Below, piece after piece: positions 51,072 to 59,807 of a stretch of 64,000 nt of DNA (the stretch's first letter is position 1; the number at the start of each line of letters is the position of its first letter). The position numbers were made by a program, and so were the translations under genes. The stretch is from the NCBI GenBank assembly GCA_964575005.1, contig CAZNQE010000003.1, forward strand, positions 1,991-65,990, read 5' to 3'. Origin of the DNA: an uncultured Polaromonas sp. (GTDB lineage Bacteria; Pseudomonadota; Gammaproteobacteria; Burkholderiales; Burkholderiaceae_C). Below the pieces are notes generated by a model. That model was not told the origin of the DNA. It made no database searches and saw nothing but the letters and a program-made list of their open reading frames with translations.

Positions 51072-52915
51072 CGAACACAGGAGCGGGCAGCATGCCCCTC
51101 AATATCGAGGACATCCTCCAACCCCTGCGCGCGCGCGCAGACCGCCTGATGGTGGGCACGCTGGGCTTTTTGCTGCTGATCTGCCTGGGTATTGCCGCCT
51201 TCAATGGCAGCTGGAGCCTGGCCTTGTCCGTGGGCGTGCCGGCCTTGCTGGTGCCGTGGGTCATTTACCGGCTGGCGCCGGGCTCGCTGGCGTCTCGCCT
51301 GACTTGCGCCTCGGCTTTCATGGTGTTTGCAGCCCTCACGATTCAACAGACGCAGGGCATGTCGGAAACGCACTTCGGCATCTTCACGCTGCTGGCGTTT
51401 TTGCTGTACTACCGCGACTGGCGCCCTGTGGTGGCGGCGGCCGGCTTGATAGCGGTGCATCACGTCGGCTTTGGCCTGCTGCAGGCGGGTGGCCTGGGCG
51501 GCGTGCAACTGCTGTCTGGCACCATCAATCCGTGGATCATCATCTTGCACGCCGCCTACGTGGTGTTCGAGGCCATCGTGCTGATCTTCATGGCCGTGAT
51601 CCTGCGCCGCGAAGCGGTGGAGTCGGCCCTGGTGGCAGACCTGGCTGGCCAGATCGGCGAAGGCAATTTCAGAGCGCATGGCCAGCATGAGACGCGTGGT
51701 TCTTCGCCTCTCTTGTCCAAGGTGTCTGAAATGCAAGCCTCGCTGGACGCCACGCTGCGCGACATCACGCAGGTGATGAACGCCGTGGCCCAGGGTCGTT
51801 TTACTGAGCGCGTCACCGCGGCTGCCAAGGGCGACCTGGACGGCCTCAAGCGCAACATCAACCAAAGTATTGAAGCGCAGCAAGCCGTGTTCAAGGACGT
51901 CACGCAGGTGATGAATGCCGTGGCGCAGGGTCGCTTCACTGAGCGCGTGACCGTGTCAGCCAAGGGCGACCTCGAAGCGCTCAAGCACAACATCAACACC
52001 AGCATCGATTCGCAGCAAGCGGTGTTCCAGGACATCACGCAAGTCATGAACAGCGTGGCCAGCGGCAAGCTCACCCAGCGCATCACTGTGGCCGCACAGG
52101 GCGACCTGCAAGCCCTGAAGACCAACGTCAATTTGTCGCTGGACGCCTTGCGCAGCGCCATGCAGGTCATTCACGGCAATACCCGCCAGGTGGCCGCTGC
52201 TTCCAGCGAGACCAGCAATGCCATCGGCCAGATTTCAGACGGTGCGCAAAACCAGACGCATGCCATCAGCCAGGTGACCACGGCCGTGCGCCAGACGGTG
52301 ACTTCGGTGTCCGAAGTCTCGCGCAACACTGAGTTCGCCAGCCAGCAATCGCGCCAGTCGGTGGACTCGGTCCGCGCCAGCATGAGCAAGATGCAGGAGA
52401 TGGTGCAGGTGGTCAACAACATCGCTGCCAACTCCGAAAAAATCAACAAGATCACGGAAGTGATCGAGAAGATCGCCAACAAGACCAACCTGCTGTCGCT
52501 CAATGCCGCCATTGAAGCGGCCCGCGCCGGCGAGCATGGCAAAGGCTTTGCCGTGGTGGCCGACGAAGTGGGCAAGCTGGCGCTCAACAGCGCTGAAAGC
52601 TCGCAGGAAATTGCGGCCCTGGTCAAGCAGGCGGTGGACGAGGCGCACCGCGCTGTGGCAGCCGTCATGGAGGTCAACAAGGACATGACCAACATTGAAG
52701 GCGCCGCCCGCGAAACCGACACCATGCTGCAGCGCATTGCGGCCGCCCTGGAGCAGCAAAGCGCGGCGGTTGAAGAGATCAACGCCAACCTCAGCAACGT
52801 GGACAGCATCGCCCGCAGCAATGCCGCCGCGTCCGAGGAAATCACGGCCACCGTGATTGAGTTGTCCAAAATTGCCGACGCCACCCGGCGCGAGGTCGAG
52901 CGCTTCGAGACTTGA
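51068..52915 (+). CDS. MCP with integral-membrane His-containing sensor and tandem HAMP repeats
   Basis: Multi-TM N-terminus (ETHFGIF, YYRDW, VHH, LHAAYV), 45-aa repeats, MCP core. Confidence 0.9.
   Translation: MTNTGAGSMPLNIEDILQPLRARADRLMVGTLGFLLLICLGIAAFNGSWSLALSVGVPALLVPWVIYRLAPGSLASRLTCASAFMVFAALTIQQTQGMSETHFGIFTLLAFLLYYRDWRPVVAAAGLIAVHHVGFGLLQAGGLGGVQLLSGTINPWIIILHAAYVVFEAIVLIFMAVILRREAVESALVADLAGQIGEGNFRAHGQHETRGSSPLLSKVSEMQASLDATLRDITQVMNAVAQGRFTERVTAAAKGDLDGLKRNINQSIEAQQAVFKDVTQVMNAVAQGRFTERVTVSAKGDLEALKHNINTSIDSQQAVFQDITQVMNSVASGKLTQRITVAAQGDLQALKTNVNLSLDALRSAMQVIHGNTRQVAAASSETSNAIGQISDGAQNQTHAISQVTTAVRQTVTSVSEVSRNTEFASQQSRQSVDSVRASMSKMQEMVQVVNNIAANSEKINKITEVIEKIANKTNLLSLNAAIEAARAGEHGKGFAVVADEVGKLALNSAESSQEIAALVKQAVDEAHRAVAAVMEVNKDMTNIEGAARETDTMLQRIAAALEQQSAAVEEINANLSNVDSIARSNAAASEEITATVIELSKIADATRREVERFET
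51761..52165 (+). repeat. Three tandem 135-bp (45-aa) HAMP-type repeats within the MCP
   Basis: Units start at 51761, 51896 and 52031 with GAC(A/G)TCACGCA(G/A)GT(G/C)ATGAA; protein [24 protein letters not shown]. Confidence 0.85.
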
Positions 52916-52956
52916 GCGGCAGGGCCGGCGTCGCCGGCTCAGTGCTTGGCTGGGCG

Positions 52957-55125
52957 CTAGACCGTTTCGCGCGAGGGGCTAGGCTGCCGGCAAGGCAGCT
53001 TGGCGAGCAGGGCGCTCAGGCGTTCGTAGTCCACAGGCTTGACCATGTGATGGTCAAAGCCCGCCGCCAACGAGCGGGCCACGTCTGCGCCTTGACCGTA
53101 GCCGGTCAGCGCGATCAGCGTGACCCCGGCCAAGGCTGGAATCTCACGCAGGCGCCGGGACAAGTCGGTGCCGTCCATGTCAGGCAGGCCGATGTCCAGG
53201 ATGAAGGCGTCGGGAACACTGGCCTCGTCAAGCACGTAGTCCCGGGCCTTGGCGAGCGTGCTTGACGCATTGAAGCTCACGCTGACGTCGTAGCCATCCA
53301 TCTCCAGCAGCATGGCCAGGGTCTGGGCGGCGTCCACGTTGTCGTCCACCAGGTGCAGCTTGAGTCTTCGCTCGCTCGGGGCGGCCTGTGCCTCGGTCAG
53401 CACAGGCGGCAAGGGGGTCTGCTTGAGGTCTTTGAGCGGGGCGCAGGGCAGGTAGACATGAAAGCGTGAACCACGACCCAGGCCGGCGCTTTCTGCCGTG
53501 ACCCGGCCGCCGTGCATGGTCACCAGGCTCTTGACCAGGGCCAGGCCCAGTCCCAGCCCGCCCTGGCGACGGTCTGACGAACGTTCGCCCTGGGTAAACA
53601 GGTCAAAGATTTCGGGCATCAGGTCGGGGTCGATGCCGGTGCCGTTGTCGCCCACGGTCAGGTGCCATTCGCCGTCTTCTTCGACGGCGCTCAGGTCGAT
53701 GTGCCCGCCTTCAGCGGTGTACTTGGCCGCGTTGTTGAGCAAGTTGCTCACCACCTGGACCAGCCGCGCAGGGTCGCCGCGTACCGGCATGACGCCCTTG
53801 GGCACGTTCACGCTGAGCCGGTGCTTGCTCGACGAGATCAAGGGCTGGATCTGCTCGATGGCGACGGCGACCACACCGGCCAGGTCGATGGTTTCCAACT
53901 TGAGCGTGACCTGCCCGCGCGTGATGCGGGAGATGTCCAGCAAGTCGTCAATGATGCGGGCCATGTGCTGGGCCTGGTTGCCGATGATGCGGCCGGTCTC
54001 TTCGACCATGGGGTCGAAGTTGTTGGCGTGCCTGAGCATCTGGGCGCCCGTCATGATGGGCGCCAGCGGGTTGCGCAGCTCATGCGCGAGCATGGCCACG
54101 AACTCGTCCTTGCGCTTGTCGGCGCGCTTGAGCGCGTCGGCCAGGTCCAGCAGCTTTTCGCGTTCCCGGGTCAGGGCCTGGCGCTGCTCGTACAGGCGGT
54201 CCAGCATCTTGTTGATCGAGGTCGACAGGCTGGCGACTTCTTCAGTGCCACCCGCCTGCACCCGCTCCTGGCTCAGGCCGTCGCGCACCAGGTCGCTGGC
54301 AAAGCCCTGGAGCTGCCGCAGGTCACGCGTGAGTATTGACGCCAGCCGGGCGCCGGCCAGCACCACGGCCGCAAACATTCCCAGCGTCAGCAAGACGATG
54401 GGCAGGTATTGCGGCGACAGCGCGTCTGTCGCCTCCACCGCGGCGGGGGCGCCGGCGACCCGAAATCCGAGCGATTCAAACACCGGCGGTGTGTCTACCG
54501 GGTTGGTCTGGCGCTGGTCGGCTGGCAGCTGCGCACCCCACAGCAAATGGATCTGAGGGTGCACATGCACTGCCTCCAGCGCGACCTTGTACAGCAGCCC
54601 ACCCTCCGGCGTGCTGGTGCGCGGGTAGATCAACGGCTCAAGGGCCACCAGTTCGGGCTTGCCCTCGTTCATAAAAATGGCCGAGGCCGGCTTGCCGATT
54701 TTGAGCTGAGCTTGCATCCAGCTTCGCTGCTCGGCATTGAACTGGCCGTTGTTGCTGGCGATTTCGCCACCCTCAAAGTCTGTGAAAAGCACCTGCACAG
54801 GAATGCCGTTGACCTGGCGCAAGCTGGCCAGAAAGGGCTGCAAGTAGGTTTCCTTACCCACGCTGTCCACCAGACCTGTTGCCAGGATGGTGCTCCCTGC
54901 GACCTCCGACATACGGGTTGCCAAAGCGGTGAGGTTCAAGCAGACAGTCTGGGCATGAAACTGGCGCTCACGTGCGGCCAGTTCTTGCAAGGCGTTGTCA
55001 TGCTGGCGGTTCATCAGCCACCAGGAGGCCAGTGCGGTCAGCAGCAGGGCGCCTGCGGCCAGGCCAGCCGCAGCCAGAGCAAAGCGGCGGGTCAGGCTGG
55101 TGGGAAGCGAGGCGCGTGAAAACAA
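52957..55125 (-). CDS. Hybrid sensor histidine kinase (periplasmic domain, HAMP, HisKA, HATPase, REC)
   Basis: AHELRNPL, NLLNNAAKY, GGLGLGL, C-terminal REC LDIGLP...KP. Confidence 0.92.
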   Translation of the reverse strand: MFSRASLPTSLTRRFALAAAGLAAGALLLTALASWWLMNRQHDNALQELAARERQFHAQTVCLNLTALATRMSEVAGSTILATGLVDSVGKETYLQPFLASLRQVNGIPVQVLFTDFEGGEIASNNGQFNAEQRSWMQAQLKIGKPASAIFMNEGKPELVALEPLIYPRTSTPEGGLLYKVALEAVHVHPQIHLLWGAQLPADQRQTNPVDTPPVFESLGFRVAGAPAAVEATDALSPQYLPIVLLTLGMFAAVVLAGARLASILTRDLRQLQGFASDLVRDGLSQERVQAGGTEEVASLSTSINKMLDRLYEQRQALTREREKLLDLADALKRADKRKDEFVAMLAHELRNPLAPIMTGAQMLRHANNFDPMVEETGRIIGNQAQHMARIIDDLLDISRITRGQVTLKLETIDLAGVVAVAIEQIQPLISSSKHRLSVNVPKGVMPVRGDPARLVQVVSNLLNNAAKYTAEGGHIDLSAVEEDGEWHLTVGDNGTGIDPDLMPEIFDLFTQGERSSDRRQGGLGLGLALVKSLVTMHGGRVTAESAGLGRGSRFHVYLPCAPLKDLKQTPLPPVLTEAQAAPSERRLKLHLVDDNVDAAQTLAMLLEMDGYDVSVSFNASSTLAKARDYVLDEASVPDAFILDIGLPDMDGTDLSRRLREIPALAGVTLIALTGYGQGADVARSLAAGFDHHMVKPVDYERLSALLAKLPCRQPSPSRETV

Positions 55126-55135
55126 GCCAGGTGTC

Positions 55136-56380
55136 CTAGGTCAAAGGCACCACGACACCGTCGTCGCGGTAGCGCGCCATCAGCAGCTGCCTGGTGTCCA
55201 GCGCTTCATGGCGGGTGCTTGTGAAAGCTGGTGCGTAGCGCCGCACCAGACCTTGGTGGGCGGGCAGCCTTTCGAGCGCCTGGCGCACGGCGCTTCGGTT
55301 GGTCGAGCCCGCCTGCTTGACGGCCATGGCCAGCAGGTGCACGGCGTCGTACGCATGGGCCACGCCCACCGGGCTTTCGATGTCTTCAAAGCGCTTCACA
55401 CCCAGCTCGTTGGCAGTGGCCATGAAGCGGCTCAGCTCTTCCTTGCGGGCCTGAAAAAAGCTGAAGGTCTGAATGACCGTGAAGTCCACGTCTTTGAGGG
55501 CGGGACCGGCTTCCGCGAAGAAGCGTCCACCCGTCACGCCCCAGTGGCTGATGATGGGAATGCGCTGCTCTTTGGGCAGGGCCGCGACCTCGCGCACCAG
55601 CAGGGCGGCTTCATCGTCATTGGCCACCAGCACGATGGCCTTGGCGCCAGCGTTCAGCAGCTTGAGGTAGCGGTCCACCAGCGAACGCTCCTGCCAGTTG
55701 TACCAGGCGGTGTCCACCACTTCAGGGCTGCGCTGGGTGGCTGAGTATTTGTCCACCGCGGCCAGGTTGCTGCGGCCCCAGGAGGTGTTGGTCAGCAGCA
55801 GGCCAACCTGCTTGATGCCGCGCTGCTGGGCGCTGGCCAACATGTAAGGCATGGCCAGGCTGTCGCGCAGGGACACCCTGAACACATAGTTGGGCTGGGT
55901 GCCGTTGTCCACGATCATGTCCGCCGCCGACCACACGGCGATGAATGGCAGCTTGGACTCTTTGAGCACGGGCAACTGCTCGATGATGACCGGGCTGAAG
56001 CGGCCGCCCAGGACCGCGACAAGATCTTTCATCTCGGCGAACTCGCGGATGTTCTTGATGCCCCGAGCGGGGATGGAGCGGTGGTCGCGCGTGACCACGT
56101 CCAGGGGCCGGCCGAGCACGCCGCCGGCTTTGTTGATTTCAGCGATCGCGATACGGCATCCCAGCTCAACGGCCTGAGCCGAAGTGCTGTTGATCAGGCC
56201 AAACTCGCCGTCGATGCCGACCAGCACGGGCGCGCCGCGTGGCGCCGTTTGTGCCTGGGCTGCCGAGCCCAAGCCAGCCGTTGCGGCCACAGCGGCGCCA
56301 GCAAAAGCCGGCAACGCCCCGAGTACGTGGCGGCGTGTGATGGGATGCGTAGGCTTGGTGGCTTGGGTCATGTCAGGCAC
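55136..56380 (-). CDS. Tat-exported LivJ-like (branched-chain amino acid type) solute-binding protein
   Basis: TRRHVLG Tat motif; EINKAGGVLGRPL, FRVS, AYDAVHLLA. Confidence 0.85.
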   Translation of the reverse strand: MPDMTQATKPTHPITRRHVLGALPAFAGAAVAATAGLGSAAQAQTAPRGAPVLVGIDGEFGLINSTSAQAVELGCRIAIAEINKAGGVLGRPLDVVTRDHRSIPARGIKNIREFAEMKDLVAVLGGRFSPVIIEQLPVLKESKLPFIAVWSAADMIVDNGTQPNYVFRVSLRDSLAMPYMLASAQQRGIKQVGLLLTNTSWGRSNLAAVDKYSATQRSPEVVDTAWYNWQERSLVDRYLKLLNAGAKAIVLVANDDEAALLVREVAALPKEQRIPIISHWGVTGGRFFAEAGPALKDVDFTVIQTFSFFQARKEELSRFMATANELGVKRFEDIESPVGVAHAYDAVHLLAMAVKQAGSTNRSAVRQALERLPAHQGLVRRYAPAFTSTRHEALDTRQLLMARYRDDGVVVPLT

Positions 56381-56479
56381 TTGGTCAGTTGGACGTGGGA
56401 CAAACGCCAGCGGCTAGATGAGTTCGGCCGATTTTCACCGCAAAAACACTCTGCCGGCAACTGCTGTGTCCGCCCAAAA

Positions 56480-56495
56480 GTAACACAAGTGTTAC
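56480..56495. promoter_or_regulatory. Palindrome GTAACAC-AA-GTGTTAC (operator, or part of a hairpin after motB)
   Basis: Perfect 7-bp arms; extendable by CCGCCC/GGGCGG with a bulge. Confidence 0.4.
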
Positions 56496-56541
56496 GGGCG
56501 GTTCACCTTCAACCCTGTCCCAGCGACCCAGTCCCCGGTAA

Positions 56542-57567
56542 TCAGTCCCGGTGAAGCACCGTGATGCTGATCCGGCGGTTGCGCGGGTCTTTGGGGTCGT
56601 TGGTGTTGTAGGGGGCGGTGTCCGCCACGCCTTCAATGCGCGCAAAGCGTGTGCTGGCCACGCCGCGCTTTTCCATCACCTGGCGCGTGGTCTCGGCGCG
56701 CTCCGCTGACAAGGACCAGTTGTTGCGACCATCGGTGTTGGCAAAAGCCACGCTGTCGGTGTGGCCGCGCAGGGCCAACTTGTTGGGCATGGTTTCCAGC
56801 GACTTGGCGATTTCGTCCAGCAGCGCCTGGGCGCGTGGCTGCAGCTTGTTGGTGCCCAGGCCAAACATGGCGAAGTCGGCCTTGTCGATGACTTCGATGC
56901 GCAAGCCTTCTTTTTCACGCACGAACTTGACCTGGTCCTTGATGTTTTCGAGCTTGGGGTTTTGCTCGAGCTTTTGCTTGAGTTCGTCTTCCAGCTTGTC
57001 GAAGTTGGCCTGGTCGGCTTCTTCGACGATTTTTTTCTTTTCCTCTTCAGACACCTGGTCCGGGTTGGCCCGCGTGTCACCGTTGGGGGAAGGGTCGTTT
57101 TCAGTCGGGCCGCCTTCAGACTTGGGCGTCACGCGCTCCATGTTCGAGGTTTGTTTGGCCGAAAACGGAAAGCCGTCCGGGTCAATGATGGAGCGGCCAC
57201 CCAAAATGCCGTTGGAGCCGGCGAGTTGCCCCATGGTCACATTGCTGTGCGAGGTGGGCTTGAAGTAGTCGGCAATGCTTTTACGCTGGTTTTCGTTGGT
57301 CGAACCCAGCAGCCACATGAGCAAAAAGAAGGCCATCATGGCGGTCATCATGTCGGCCAGGGCGATCTTCCAGGCACCGCCGTGCGCGCCGCCGTGGCCG
57401 TCGTCGATGACTTTTTTGATGACGATGACAGGCGCCAGCGGCGCAGGCGCGGCGTCGGCCGCGGGCGCGGGCGCGGCTGGCGCGGCCTCAGCAGGCGGGG
57501 CACCTTCGATGGAGCCCGCTTCAGTGGCTGGGGCTTCCGGGGCCGTAGCGGCAGCGGCTTCAGCCAT
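56542..57567 (-). CDS. motB: Flagellar stator MotB
   Basis: HGGAWKIALADMMTAMMAFF TM with conserved Asp; OmpA-like GHTD, NWSLSAERA, NRRI. Confidence 0.94.
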   Translation of the reverse strand: MAEAAAATAPEAPATEAGSIEGAPPAEAAPAAPAPAADAAPAPLAPVIVIKKVIDDGHGGAHGGAWKIALADMMTAMMAFFLLMWLLGSTNENQRKSIADYFKPTSHSNVTMGQLAGSNGILGGRSIIDPDGFPFSAKQTSNMERVTPKSEGGPTENDPSPNGDTRANPDQVSEEEKKKIVEEADQANFDKLEDELKQKLEQNPKLENIKDQVKFVREKEGLRIEVIDKADFAMFGLGTNKLQPRAQALLDEIAKSLETMPNKLALRGHTDSVAFANTDGRNNWSLSAERAETTRQVMEKRGVASTRFARIEGVADTAPYNTNDPKDPRNRRISITVLHRD

Positions 57568-57569
57568 GT

Positions 57570-58433
57570 TTACTTGCCGCGCAGGCCGTCAAAGACCTCG
57601 GCAAAAGAGGGCTGGTTATGGTGGCTGATGCCCACGCGCGCCGCTTCAATGATGAGCGGCATGGGGTGGCCGTGCATGGTGCCGATGATGATTTGTTTGA
57701 CGACTTTGTAGATCTCGCCTTCGTCGTCAATGATCTGCTTCAGGCGGCCGGCCATGGGTTCAACCAGGCCGTAGGCAAAGAACACGCCCAGGAATGTACC
57801 GACCAGCGCGCCACCGATCAGCGCGCCCAGCACGGCCGGGGGTTGGTCAATCGCGCCCATGGTTTTCACCACGCCCAGCACGCAAGCCACGATGCCCAGG
57901 GCGGGCAGGGCGCCAGCCATCGAAGCCAGGGCTTCGGCGGGCTTGAGCGCGCCGTGGTGGTGGGTCTTGATGGACTGCTCCATCACTTCTTCGACCGCAT
58001 ACGCGCTCAGGTTGCTCGACGACACGACCAACAGCCGGATGGTGTCGGTGATCAGGTGCAAGAGGTCGTGGTCTTTGAGCAAGGCCGGGTATTCGCCAAA
58101 GATGGCGCTGGCCTCGGGGTTTTCGATGTGCGCTTCCAGCGCCACAGCGCCTTCGCTTTTGAGCGTCTTCATGATCTTGGAAACCACAAAAATGGTTTGC
58201 AAGTAGTCGTCTTTTTTGTATTTTGGGCCTTTGAACACTTTGCCAAAGCCGCCAAAAGCGCCCTTGACCGTGTCCATGCTGTTGCCGATCAACATGGCGG
58301 CGACAGCCGCGCCGCCAATGATGAAGGTCTCGACTGGAGCTGCCTTGATGATGGGCGCCATGCTGCCGCCGGCGAGGATAAAACCGCCGAAAACGCATCC
58401 AAACAAGACAACAATACCGATAAGACCGACCAT
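57570..58433 (-). CDS. motA: Flagellar stator MotA
   Basis: Four TMs; LPALGIVACVLG, ALVGTFLG. Confidence 0.94.
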   Translation of the reverse strand: MVGLIGIVVLFGCVFGGFILAGGSMAPIIKAAPVETFIIGGAAVAAMLIGNSMDTVKGAFGGFGKVFKGPKYKKDDYLQTIFVVSKIMKTLKSEGAVALEAHIENPEASAIFGEYPALLKDHDLLHLITDTIRLLVVSSSNLSAYAVEEVMEQSIKTHHHGALKPAEALASMAGALPALGIVACVLGVVKTMGAIDQPPAVLGALIGGALVGTFLGVFFAYGLVEPMAGRLKQIIDDEGEIYKVVKQIIIGTMHGHPMPLIIEAARVGISHHNQPSFAEVFDGLRGK

Positions 58434-58557
58434 CTACATTCTCCAGACAAGCTGACCGCGACCCGCCGACGGCCGCCAATGACCAACTTGGGCGCTGAGC
58501 AAACTCTACTTTAACGCCTCAATCGTTCTAATCGCTAGATCGGGTGTCAATATCCCA

Positions 58558-58995
58558 TCAATGGGCCATCATGCTGGCCTGAACAGGCAGCAGGGCGGGC
58601 ACATCGCGCCAGGCTTGGCGAATTTCGTTCATCAGGCCATGCACTTCCATCAGGGCAGCCACGTCGTTGTGAATGTTCACATGCAGGAGGCGACGGGTGA
58701 TGTAGCTGTACAGCTCGTTCAGGTTGCTGGCCAGGTCGCCACCTTTTTCAAAGTCCAGCGCGCCTTGCAGGCCGAACAAAATGCGGTTGGCTCGCGCCAG
58801 GGCCTTGCCTTTTTCAGCGATGGCGTTGTGCTCGATGTGGCCCTTGGCAGTCATCAGGCTTTCGATCAGGCCGTCAAACAGCATCTGGATCAGCTCGACC
58901 TTGTTGGCGACCACGGCCTGTGTTGCCGTGTTGCCAGCGCCGTAGCTCTCCATCGCCTTGAAATTAACTCGCATCGCCTGACTCCTGATATTCAA
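58558..58995 (-). CDS. fliS: Flagellin export chaperone FliS
   Basis: LIQMLFDG, LDFEKGGDLASNL.ELYSY, EIRQAW. Confidence 0.9.
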   Translation of the reverse strand: MNIRSQAMRVNFKAMESYGAGNTATQAVVANKVELIQMLFDGLIESLMTAKGHIEHNAIAEKGKALARANRILFGLQGALDFEKGGDLASNLNELYSYITRRLLHVNIHNDVAALMEVHGLMNEIRQAWRDVPALLPVQASMMAH

Positions 58996-59050
58996 CTGTG
59001 ACGCTCAATGAATCGGCGCGCCGGCCGAAAACTTGAGGGCGACAGTTGAT

Positions 59051-59797
59051 TCAGCGCTTGCCGCGGCTTTTGGCGACGGGTTCTTCGACCTGCAAGGTGC
59101 CGCGCAGCTTCTTGACGACGGCACTGAGCAACTGGCTGACGCGAGATTCCGTCACACCCAGCACTTCGCCAATCTCCTTGAGATTGAGCTCTTCGACGTA
59201 ATACAAATTCATCAGCAGCTGGTCGCGTTCAGCCAGCTCGCCAATGGCGTCGGTCAGCGCGCCCATGAACTGCGCATGCTCCACGATCACTTCAGGCTGC
59301 TGGGAGCTGTCGTCGGCGATGTTCATGACTTCGTCGGTCATGACTTCCATGGAGTAAGTCTCAAAGCGGCGGGCCTGGCCACGCTCTTTTTGAAAGGCGT
59401 CCAGGTCTTTGCCCACGTGCTCGGCCAGCTCGGCCTCGGTCGGGATGCGGCCCAGCTCCGACGCCAGGGCGTCAGTGGCTTTGCTGTGCGACTTGTTGAA
59501 GGCGACTGCCGAACGCGGCAAAAACGACAGGCGGCGCACTTCGTCAAGGATGGCGCCGCGCACGCGGCTGTGCGCAAAGCCCTCAAACTCGATGCCTTTG
59601 GTGGGGTCGAAAGCGCGGGCGGCTTCCAGGAGGCCGATCATGCCGACCTGGATCAGCTCATCGAGTTCCATGAAGGGCGGAATGCGCACCTTGAGGTGCA
59701 GCGCAACGCGCTTGACCATGCCCAGGTGGGCCATGACCAGCGCTTCACTGCTGTTTTGGTTCTGGACTTCTTCATAAAGGCGGGTGTGGACGGCCAT
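59051..59797 (-). CDS. fliA: Flagellar sigma factor sigma28
   Basis: ELIQVGMIGLLEA, RVRGAILDEVR, YYVEELNLKEIGEVLGVTESRVSQ. Confidence 0.94.
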   Translation of the reverse strand: MAVHTRLYEEVQNQNSSEALVMAHLGMVKRVALHLKVRIPPFMELDELIQVGMIGLLEAARAFDPTKGIEFEGFAHSRVRGAILDEVRRLSFLPRSAVAFNKSHSKATDALASELGRIPTEAELAEHVGKDLDAFQKERGQARRFETYSMEVMTDEVMNIADDSSQQPEVIVEHAQFMGALTDAIGELAERDQLLMNLYYVEELNLKEIGEVLGVTESRVSQLLSAVVKKLRGTLQVEEPVAKSRGKR

Positions 59798-59807
59798 AAG
59801 TTAAGGG

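Noticed and set aside
27125-58557. Canonical CRP (TGTGA-N6-TCACA) sites or canonical sigma28 promoters (TAAA-N15-GCCGATAA)
   Set aside because: No convincing match with correct spacing was found by eye in the intergenic regions examined.
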